Origin: Fibrobacteria bacterium
GTDB taxonomy: Bacteria; Fibrobacterota; Fibrobacteria; UBA11236; JADFYW01
Assembly (NCBI GenBank): GCA_050294405.1
Contig: JBNKOC010000005.1
Location: forward strand, 1 to 14,893
Length of the DNA: 14,893 bases
Direction of reading: 5' to 3'
Shown here: positions 1 through 7,343 of the stretch, in pieces
How positions within the stretch are numbered: the first letter of the stretch is position 1
Layout: each line of letters begins with the position of its first letter
Notes under the pieces: model-generated
Told to the model about the DNA's origin: nothing
What the model saw: the letters and a program-made list of their open reading frames with translations, nothing else
Databases searched by the model: none
Made by a program: the position numbers and the translations under genes

Positions 1-2
1 TA

Positions 3-140
3 GGCAACCCTAAAAATCCCGAATTTGAGGAAATAAAAAATTGGTTTGGCGAATATGATCCTAAAAACTTTGACATTAATAAAATAAATATCAATTTAGG
101 GTCACCAAAAAAATATTTTGAAAATTTAAAAGGAATGTAA
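3..140 (+). CDS. 3' end of a pRiA4b ORF-3-like family protein (truncated by window edge)
   Basis: Frame from nt 3 reads GNPKNPEFEEIKNWFGEYDPKNFDINKININLGSPKKYFENLKGM*, stop at 138-140. This matches the C-terminal pattern of the family (xPxHPExEExxxWxGxxxDPxxFDxxxIN). Confidence 0.7.
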   Translation, partial: GNPKNPEFEEIKNWFGEYDPKNFDINKININLGSPKKYFENLKGM

Positions 141-166
141 ACCATGATCCTGTTTGTACATTAACA

Positions 167-676
167 ATGAAGAAATCAATATTTATCATGTTTATGTTCT
201 CTAAGTGTTTTTCCCAAGACGGTTACGGGAATAATTCATTACACGAGGACAAAATCGGGATGTTACACATATCGACTTTAATTGGATTTCCTTCAGCTAA
301 AGTTACAGGAGAGATTAATTTAAAAAATATGGAAATGACCATTTTCCCCTCCGTAATATTTGGATATGGTGGAACATTTATTAATTCTACAGAGAAATCA
401 ATTTATTTTGGGATAAATTATATAAAAAATAAAGTAATTAAAAAATCAATTAGAATTGGATACTTTTACCAATCTCAAAATTCAGATGAAACATGGAAAG
501 GAATTGGTATAAAATTCGATAGAAAAAGGTACATTAATAGATATTTTGGATGGGAATTTTCAACAGGGCTTGAGTTATGGAAGGATGATAATAAATATTC
601 AAATGGAAATATTTATGGAAAACCACCGTATATTGGATTTCCAACAATCGATGCTGGCTTATTTGTTTTTATATAA
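167..676 (+). CDS. Exported hypothetical protein, possible small outer-membrane beta-barrel
   Basis: 169 aa ORF with a signal-peptide-like start (MKKSIFIMFMFSKCFSQ), alternating Gly/aromatic beta-strand patterns (SIRIGYFY, GWEFSTGLEL) and C-terminal IDAGLFVFI. Very AT-rich. Confidence 0.6.
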   Translation: MKKSIFIMFMFSKCFSQDGYGNNSLHEDKIGMLHISTLIGFPSAKVTGEINLKNMEMTIFPSVIFGYGGTFINSTEKSIYFGINYIKNKVIKKSIRIGYFYQSQNSDETWKGIGIKFDRKRYINRYFGWEFSTGLELWKDDNKYSNGNIYGKPPYIGFPTIDAGLFVFI

Positions 677-828
677 AAAAATCTGTACAGTGATCGTATT
701 CACCTGACAGTTGAGCCATAATGCGGTATGGCCATGGAGACTCCAAGAGTTATTAATTTAACTCAACACACAAATAAAAAGGAGCCGACTTAGTGGAAGC
801 ATACCGGAACTCGTTTAAAACGCCTTTT

Positions 829-863
829 AAAAAAAATGTCGGGACATAATTATACATCCCGGC
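829..863 (-). terminator. Rho-independent terminator of the 1963->888 unit
   Basis: Minus strand reads GCCGGGATGTA-TAAT-TATGTCCCGAC followed by ATTTTTTTT, starting 25 nt after the stop at 888. Confidence 0.7.
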
Positions 864-887
864 TTGGAGAAACGAAATAATTAAAGT

Positions 888-1505
888 TTAAGGCAGGGAA
901 TATAAAACAGTATAAGTAGGGTGTCCGCAGTGACCCGCATCACAATATCCACCATGAGACACAGCTAAGGTACCAACGACATATTCTGTAAATTTAAAAT
1001 ATGAAGGAACCTGGGAAATGTTGCTGTTCGTATAATCCTTTCCATAGCCAACGATGTCATTAACGCTCCATTTACAGCTGCCATTATTTTGGGGAAAGCC
1101 AGATTTGGTGCCTAGGCCAAGACGAGACCATCCCGTATAGGCAATCCCACCAATATTATATTGCCATTTTCCCCATACTACATAGGAAATATGGCCATGG
1201 CTACAGACATCGTACCTGTTCATAGAACCCCAGGCCCAAATGTTGCGCACATTGCCAGAATTTTTGTAGCGCACCCAATACCAAAGGTTCGGGTCTCCGA
1301 GATTTTCGGTGGTGCTAAACTCCCTTTCGTTTCCAAGGGAATAATACCCATAATCGCCCGCATAAGTTAAATCTTTAGTCTTATTATAGTGGGGAGGCGG
1401 CATAGTAATGGCCTCTACCTGGGCTTGGGAAGGGGGGGATTGTGCTAAGGAAAGAGTAAATCCGCAAACTAAAATAAGAAATAAAAATATCATTTGGCTT
1501 TTCAT
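888..1505 (-). CDS. Secreted hypothetical protein with His/Cys motifs
   Basis: 205 aa with a Sec signal (MKSQMIFLFLILVCGFTLSLA) and an AAGGAGG RBS in the end of the upstream gene. TAATG stop/start overlap at 1503-1507. Trp/Tyr/Gly-rich, with CSHGH and SHGGYCDAGHCGH motifs. Confidence 0.8.
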   Translation of the reverse strand: MKSQMIFLFLILVCGFTLSLAQSPPSQAQVEAITMPPPHYNKTKDLTYAGDYGYYSLGNEREFSTTENLGDPNLWYWVRYKNSGNVRNIWAWGSMNRYDVCSHGHISYVVWGKWQYNIGGIAYTGWSRLGLGTKSGFPQNNGSCKWSVNDIVGYGKDYTNSNISQVPSYFKFTEYVVGTLAVSHGGYCDAGHCGHPTYTVLYSLP

Positions 1506-1963
1506 TATTTACCCTCCTTTAATTGGAGTTCTCTTTGATGCTCAGCTACTTCAGGTGGGAGTTCCATTCCTTCGGGAAGAAATTTTGCGGGTGCATCAAC
1601 CTGGGTGGATTCAGATACATCGGTTTGAACTGAGGGTAAATTAGCTTTTAGAAATTTTTCAGTTCGAATCGCTTCTTCAGGGTCCAGGACCATGCCTGTT
1701 TCCAAATTATAAAGGCTCTCAAGATCCTTTAACAATTCCGCTTGCCCCTCAGCTTTTAATTGGGCACGGATATCCTGTAATACTTCAAGAGGGAACTGAT
1801 GAGGAACATTTCCCTGGTCGTCGTAAAGAAATTTAACGTCCTTTACCGTCTGGTAATCCGACTGTGCCGGACTTTCAATGACTGTAGCACCTTCCTGTTT
1901 GCAGGCCATCAATCCTGACAAAGCAATAGCTGCCATGGTTAAAGCTGTTTTTCCGAAATTCAT
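1505..1963 (-). CDS. Hypothetical lipoprotein
   Basis: 152 aa with lipobox LMAC after a hydrophobic stretch, AAGGAG RBS at ~1972-1977 (minus strand), and an acidic helical mature region. Confidence 0.8.
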   Translation of the reverse strand: MNFGKTALTMAAIALSGLMACKQEGATVIESPAQSDYQTVKDVKFLYDDQGNVPHQFPLEVLQDIRAQLKAEGQAELLKDLESLYNLETGMVLDPEEAIRTEKFLKANLPSVQTDVSESTQVDAPAKFLPEGMELPPEVAEHQRELQLKEGK

Positions 1964-2077
1964 ATTGGGAACTCCTTTTTTTAATGAATTGTCGATACAG
2001 ATTTCGTCGATTATTTCATCCTCCCGAAATCTTCAATTGAAATTTAATGTGATTCAAAGAAGGTTGGGTGGTTTTGG

Positions 2078-2108
2078 GATGAAATGCAATATCCTGTGAT
2101 GAAATACA
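2078..2108 (-). promoter_or_regulatory. Direct-repeat transcription-factor site, possibly LytTR-type
   Basis: GATGAAATGCA (2078-2088) and GATGAAATACA (2098-2108): 11-mers with 1 mismatch and a 20 bp period, in a divergent promoter region. Confidence 0.5.
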
Positions 2109-2182
2109 CCTTATAGCGATAATGCCACTTATTAAGCGTGGTACTTTTTATCAGTAAATTGTTACTTTGTTTCACGAGGCAG

Positions 2183-2206
2183 GGTAATTAACAGAAGCTG
2201 ATTACC
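2183..2206. promoter_or_regulatory. Inverted-repeat operator-like site upstream of the HAD gene
   Basis: GGTAATTA-N8-TGATTACC (1 mismatch), 26 nt before the ATG at 2233. Confidence 0.4.
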
Positions 2207-2232
2207 TATATTGATAATATAAAGGAAATCAA

Positions 2233-3003
2233 ATGGTACTTTTTTTGAAACGCACAGCTACACTATATTTTCTGTTAACAACTATAAGTATTAATATTCA
2301 TGCAAAAGACACGGTAGCTCCAAAAATTAAAGCTATTGCTTTTGATGCTTTTCCTATTTTTGATCCACGAGAAATAGCCAAAGCATCAGAAAAGGCTTTC
2401 CCGGGAAAAGGAAAACAATTAATGGAATTGTGGCGCACCAGAATATTTGAATATCAATGGTTAAGAGCACTATCAGGCAAATATGAGGATTTTATGTCTG
2501 CTACAAGTGCAGGATTGGTTTACGCGACAAATCATTTAGGCATACATCTTACCGAAGATAAAAAAAAGACTTTGCTGAATGAGTTTTTGAATTTGAAAAT
2601 GTGGCCCGATGCTCCAGAGTCAATCGAAAAACTTAAGAAAGCTGGTATTGAGCTAGTATTTTTATCTAACATGACAGAGGAAATGATTCGTAATGGACTT
2701 AAAAATGCTGGTCTAGAAAATGAATTCAAAGCAATTTTTAGTACGGATGCCGTAAAATCATATAAGCCTGCGCCCTCTGCTTATGAACTAGCAATGAAAA
2801 ATCTTAACTTATCTAAAAATGAAATACTTTTTGTTGCATTCGCAGGGTGGGATGTCGCCGGTTCCAAATGGTTTGGATATCCTACTTATTGGGTTAACAG
2901 ACTTGGATTACCTAAAGAAGAATTAGATGTACAAGCCGATGCTTTTGGCAAAGATTTATCTGGTTTAGTAAATTATGTTATCGAGTATAATCGTTCAAAA
3001 TAG
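2233..3003 (+). CDS. Haloacid dehalogenase type II-like HAD hydrolase with signal peptide
   Basis: HAD motifs AIAFDAFPIFD (nucleophile Asp), LWR..FEYQW cap, LSN, YKP and WD.AGSKWFG...WVNR. N-terminal signal peptide ends in IHA. AAGGA RBS. Confidence 0.9.
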   Translation: MVLFLKRTATLYFLLTTISINIHAKDTVAPKIKAIAFDAFPIFDPREIAKASEKAFPGKGKQLMELWRTRIFEYQWLRALSGKYEDFMSATSAGLVYATNHLGIHLTEDKKKTLLNEFLNLKMWPDAPESIEKLKKAGIELVFLSNMTEEMIRNGLKNAGLENEFKAIFSTDAVKSYKPAPSAYELAMKNLNLSKNEILFVAFAGWDVAGSKWFGYPTYWVNRLGLPKEELDVQADAFGKDLSGLVNYVIEYNRSK

Positions 3004-3059
3004 CTATCTCCTAACAAAGTTGAAAAAATATAAGTTTTTATAATATTTAGAGTTCCCTT

Positions 3060-4007
3060 ATGTTTATGCCAATCTTAAAAATTGTCAAAGAAAGTATTGC
3101 TCACCCCTTTGGTGATCATCGCACGGTTAAACAGGCTTTCCCCAGATCTATAAGCCAAACGGAAGCCGATCCTTTTTTAATGTGCGACTATTTTGGCATG
3201 GAAGACAGTGAGGGCTTGGCTCAGCATCCCGATGATTTTCCCATCGATTGGCATCCTCACCAGGGGTTTGATATTGCGTCTTATATGCGTTCGGGCAAAG
3301 GACGCCACGCTGATAGCCTGGGCAATCGGGAGACATACTCCACTCCGGGAATGCAGTGGATGAATTGCGGTAGTGGCGTAATGCACGCCGAGGGTGGGGC
3401 TACTGAACGGGGTACATTCGTACAGGGGTTTCAGATTTGGATTAATGTGAGCAAAAAACATAAAATGGAGCCTCCCAAATACGGAACAATTCCTACCGAA
3501 GAATTGCCACTGATAGATGTCGGCGAAGGGGTTGCTGCGCGTGTATTGGCAGGGGAGGGGTTTAATAGCCAGGGGCCATTTAAAACCAAGCAGCCTGTGG
3601 AAATGATAGATTTTGAAATAAACAAAAATTCCAAAATAAACTTTGACATCACAGAAAATTTAGACACAGCCATGCTATATGTATATGAGGGAAATCTCGC
3701 TCGTGCGAATGAAAGTGAAAACAGCATCAAAGAAGGGCATATTATTTTATTTAATGCCAATTCTAATGATAATCGAACCATAGAAATTGAGACCCATGAT
3801 AATTCTGCCAAGGCTATTTTGTTTGCAGGCAAAAAATTGCAGGAGCCTATTGCTTGGCATGGGCCAATTGTAATGAATACCCAAGAAGAGGTTTATAAAA
3901 CATTAATGGAATTGCAAAATGGACAGTTTCCTGCGGTAAAAGTGGATTGGGATTACAAAACGCTGGATTCTTTTCCAGAAGACCGTCGCAAACAAATAGA
4001 CAAATAA
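3060..4007 (+). CDS. Pirin family protein (bicupin)
   Basis: DPFLMCD, metal ligands HPH...HAE, HADSLGN, QWMNCGSGVMHAE, GFQIWIN and EPIAWHGPIVMNT. The start could be 3060 or 3066. Confidence 0.95.
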   Translation: MFMPILKIVKESIAHPFGDHRTVKQAFPRSISQTEADPFLMCDYFGMEDSEGLAQHPDDFPIDWHPHQGFDIASYMRSGKGRHADSLGNRETYSTPGMQWMNCGSGVMHAEGGATERGTFVQGFQIWINVSKKHKMEPPKYGTIPTEELPLIDVGEGVAARVLAGEGFNSQGPFKTKQPVEMIDFEINKNSKINFDITENLDTAMLYVYEGNLARANESENSIKEGHIILFNANSNDNRTIEIETHDNSAKAILFAGKKLQEPIAWHGPIVMNTQEEVYKTLMELQNGQFPAVKVDWDYKTLDSFPEDRRKQIDK

Positions 4008-4012
4008 CATAT

Positions 4013-4441
4013 ATGGACCGACCCATTTACACACCAGCTACAGGTATTCCACAAGGCCCCGGACCGAGTAGAGAGATCTACCACTTAATGGGCGATAAGA
4101 ATGTATACGCTTTACTCGAGGATTTCTATGTTGAGCTTGAGAAATCTTCTATACGAAACTTATTCCCAAAAGACATGAAGGAGGCCTCACAAAGAAGTGC
4201 TGATTTCTTTGTAAGCCTGCTAGGAGGTCCTCCCAGGTATGCTGAGAAATACGGACCTCCCCGTATGCGTGCCCGTCATTTGCCTTTTAGGATAGACGAA
4301 GAAGCAAGACAGGTATGGCTCGAATGTTTCAATAAAGTACTGAGTACGGCAGTTGGGAAACACAACTTCCCAGCACAACATCTTGAGGGGTTCAGCTCAT
4401 GGCTCGGTGAATTTTCGGGTTGGATGGTAAACACAAAATAG
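4013..4441 (+). CDS. Group II truncated hemoglobin (trHbO-like)
   Basis: DFY (B9-B10), LLGGPPRY, PRMRARHLPF (proximal His) and VW (G8 Trp). ATG at 4013, 5 nt after the pirin stop, is preferred to the overlapping 3947 start. Confidence 0.9.
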   Translation: MDRPIYTPATGIPQGPGPSREIYHLMGDKNVYALLEDFYVELEKSSIRNLFPKDMKEASQRSADFFVSLLGGPPRYAEKYGPPRMRARHLPFRIDEEARQVWLECFNKVLSTAVGKHNFPAQHLEGFSSWLGEFSGWMVNTK

Positions 4442-4499
4442 CGCCAGAATTTTATAGCAGTTGAACCGGTCATAATGTATAGAATGGCCAAAGAACAAA

Positions 4500-5678
4500 T
4501 TAATTTAAGGGAAATTTATTTTTAGGCCAAGTTCGATGGCTTTTTAAGCTAATAATTTCGGGAAGATGTTTGGTAATGGCAGCATCAACAAGGGCGTATC
4601 CCCAATTAATTAAATGACTAATGGTTTTCTCTCCAAAATCAGATAATCTTGTTGGAACTTTTTTCAGATCTCTTGTAAGAGGGTTGTCCTGAAGCATTGC
4701 ATCTATCTCATAATTATTAATTTTAGTTGCAATCCCCCAATAAGTACCTGATAGCTCTTTCTTTTTTAGTTTATCTATATACCATCTTTTCCTAACCGCT
4801 CGGGCCTGGTCCATTATAAGGTTGGTTGTTCTTATCGAAGTTGCTGCCCAATTGGAATTTGGATCTTCATCAAATGTTAGTGGGCCTCCTGCATCTGATA
4901 CTAAGCAAATATCAATATCATCCTTTAGGTACGCATGATAAGGATGTTCCTCGCGTTCAAGCTTTTGCGAATCTTTTTTCCATTGGGATTCCATTCCCAT
5001 GTTATCATATACTCCTCCATCCGTTAGGGATAATTTATTTTTGAACTCCTCATTTTCAAATAAGCTCGCCCATTTTCCCTTTACCCATTGATTGCTTGGA
5101 ACCCTAATTTCAACTGGAGATAACCATGGTGGAAACGCACTTGAAATACCAACGACTCTTGCCAATTCCCAATCTGATATGCTAATGGCGCCAATTTTCC
5201 AATCATAATATATTCCGTCCACCATCCTTATCCCGGATCCGGTTTGCAGACTTGTTCCATAAAATAAAAATTGAGGAGATTTAATATCCCCATCGTTTAT
5301 TTCCTGGATTATACTGTCAAATTTTAACCCCTTAAAAAGCTCTTTATTATAATTATCAACTACTTTTTCTGGGATATCTTTAAATGGGTTTAACATGCCC
5401 TTAATAATTGTTTTTATATCAAAATCTTTTGAACAAAATTTCACAAGAGGATTGGTAACAAATTCATCAAAATTTGAAATAATGCCATCAGAATTGCATT
5501 TTAATTTTCTCCAATTCATTGCCAGTACGGCATTAGTGATTGAACCTCCTGAAACCGAAGATATTCTATTTATTTTTGATAAAATTCCTAATTCATTAAG
5601 CCGTATTAGGCTGCCTAAAGAAAAAAGGGTGGCTCTATATCCTCCACCAGATAAACAAAGGCCGATTTTATTTGGCAT
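4500..5678 (-). CDS. Patatin-like phospholipase
   Basis: LSGGGYRA glycine loop, SSVSGGS nucleophile elbow, SSAFP and DGGVYDN catalytic Asp. AAGGA RBS upstream. Confidence 0.92.
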   Translation of the reverse strand: MPNKIGLCLSGGGYRATLFSLGSLIRLNELGILSKINRISSVSGGSITNAVLAMNWRKLKCNSDGIISNFDEFVTNPLVKFCSKDFDIKTIIKGMLNPFKDIPEKVVDNYNKELFKGLKFDSIIQEINDGDIKSPQFLFYGTSLQTGSGIRMVDGIYYDWKIGAISISDWELARVVGISSAFPPWLSPVEIRVPSNQWVKGKWASLFENEEFKNKLSLTDGGVYDNMGMESQWKKDSQKLEREEHPYHAYLKDDIDICLVSDAGGPLTFDEDPNSNWAATSIRTTNLIMDQARAVRKRWYIDKLKKKELSGTYWGIATKINNYEIDAMLQDNPLTRDLKKVPTRLSDFGEKTISHLINWGYALVDAAITKHLPEIISLKSHRTWPKNKFPLN

Positions 5679-5813
5679 GAGATAGGTTCCTTTTAGTTAA
5701 ATAAAGAATTTATTGCTTTCCCACCGTTTTCTCCGCGAACTTTTGAATGGCTATTGGTGTAAATAAGTTCCATAATAATTGGATGGTGGTCAGAAAATAA
5801 ATATATAAAATTT

Positions 5814-7325
5814 ATGTTAGTTTTGTTGTTTTCCGTGTTGGTTGTATCCCTAAGCTTTTCCGCTGAACCCTTTACCAATCCCATCTGTGCTAATGGAAAT
5901 GACCCCTGGGTTGTTCAGCACGAGGGTTTTTATTACTACTGCTATTCGGGCGGCGGGGGAATTAATATTGCCAAGTCCGAGCGCATTGAAAATATCTGCG
6001 CCAGCCAGGGTACCCGGGTTTGGACAGCTCCTGCCGGGACTATGTATTCCGAGGAACTATGGGCTCCTGAACTTCATTATTTAAAAGGAAAATGGTATGT
6101 ATATGTGGCTGCTGATGACGGCGAAAACGCCAACCACCGCATGTATGTTTTAGAAGGCAGCAGCCAGGACCCCCAAGACCCCTTTGAGTTTAAAGGAAAA
6201 TTGGCCTCCCACAGCGACCGCTGGGCCATTGATGGAACAGTCCTGGAAGCTAAAGATGGAAAGCTTTATTTTATCTGGTCGGGTTGGTTCGGTTTTAAAG
6301 ACGTACAGCAAGATATCTACATAGCCCCCATGGAAAACCCCTGGACTATGGAAACGGGGGAACTCACTCACACTATCGAAGTGGAGAGCGCCGTTTTAAA
6401 CAACGCCATTTTGCGGGAGGCCCAAGGGGCTTCAGGGGATAGCTGCGTGGGTAAAATCGATTTTGAAGACAGCTATTTGGAATTTACAGTGGACATAACA
6501 TCGGCAGGCCCCTATTTACTTAAAGCCTGGTACGGCAGCGAAACTAATTTGGCCATAAGCAGCCATGAAGTGCTGGTGGACGGAGAAGCTAAGGATTTTC
6601 TTTATTATCCTCCGGCGGGCTGGGACAACTGGAATGCAGCTACTATTGCCCTTGAGCTAGGGGAGGGGAGCCATACAATTCGCATTGCCAAAGGCGACTC
6701 CTATGCGGAGCTCGACTATTTTGAATTATTTTTTAAGGGTCAGGATCGAATTCGGATTTCTTCTCCTCAATATAGCTGGGAGGTAAAGGGCAGTCCGCCC
6801 AGCATTAACGAAGGGCCACAAATTCTTGTTAAGAATAACAGCGTACATGTTATCTACTCTGCCAGCGGATCCTGGACCGATGATTATTGCCTGGGTCAAC
6901 TTACATGCATTAATGAAAATTTTATGGACTCGGCTTCCTGGACCAAAAAAAGCGAGTCCGTTTTTTTGCCTACCGATGATGTATTCGGTCCCGGGCATGC
7001 TTCCTTTGTAAAATCGCCGGACCTTTCGGAAGACTGGATAGTGTACCACGCAGCCAAGTCCCAGGGCTCTGGTTGGGATAGAAATGTTCGCATGCAGAAA
7101 TTCAGCTGGGACGAAAACGATTTCCCCTTATTTGGAAGCCCTGTTTCTACCGGGGTGGAGCTGGATGGCCCCTCGGATGATGTGGTGAACATAGCCAAGC
7201 CTCAACAAAGTAAACTTGATTCGCCTCAGCTACCTAAAAAGCAGCACAAGTTATATGATATGAAAGGCCGCGACAGGACCCAGGATATTAAGCAAAAAGC
7301 TAAAGGCCTTTTGTTGATGAAATAA
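5814..7325 (+). CDS. Secreted GH43 glycoside hydrolase (arabinofuranosidase-like) with an internal CBM35/CBM6-like module and a short sorting-type tail
   Basis: Signal peptide; GNDPWV (base), WAPEL, WAIDG (pKa modulator), INEGP (acid), GPGHASF and WIVYHA. Beta-sandwich insert at ~6351-6740. Tail LYDMKGR...KGLLLMK. Confidence 0.93.
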   Translation: MLVLLFSVLVVSLSFSAEPFTNPICANGNDPWVVQHEGFYYYCYSGGGGINIAKSERIENICASQGTRVWTAPAGTMYSEELWAPELHYLKGKWYVYVAADDGENANHRMYVLEGSSQDPQDPFEFKGKLASHSDRWAIDGTVLEAKDGKLYFIWSGWFGFKDVQQDIYIAPMENPWTMETGELTHTIEVESAVLNNAILREAQGASGDSCVGKIDFEDSYLEFTVDITSAGPYLLKAWYGSETNLAISSHEVLVDGEAKDFLYYPPAGWDNWNAATIALELGEGSHTIRIAKGDSYAELDYFELFFKGQDRIRISSPQYSWEVKGSPPSINEGPQILVKNNSVHVIYSASGSWTDDYCLGQLTCINENFMDSASWTKKSESVFLPTDDVFGPGHASFVKSPDLSEDWIVYHAAKSQGSGWDRNVRMQKFSWDENDFPLFGSPVSTGVELDGPSDDVVNIAKPQQSKLDSPQLPKKQHKLYDMKGRDRTQDIKQKAKGLLLMK

Positions 7326-7343
7326 GCCATTACCGCATATTTT

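Noticed and set aside
141..700. Integron cassette/attC interpretation (TGTACA on both sides of ORF 167-676, AT-rich cassette-like genes)
   Set aside because: No proper RYYYAAC...GTTRRRY pair, the 26 nt gap at 141-166 is too short for an attC, and there is no integrase in the window.
3020..3044. TTGAAA...TATAAT sigma70 promoter before the pirin
   Set aside because: The spacer is only 13 nt and such hexamers are expected by chance in AT-rich DNA.
3947..4012. Longer N-terminus for the globin given in the ORF track
   Set aside because: It overlaps the pirin by 61 nt and is not globin-like. ATG 4013 fits better.
4500..5678. CBASS or other multi-gene defence system around the patatin
   Set aside because: No CD-NTase, STAND NTPase, RT or other partner in the flanking genes.
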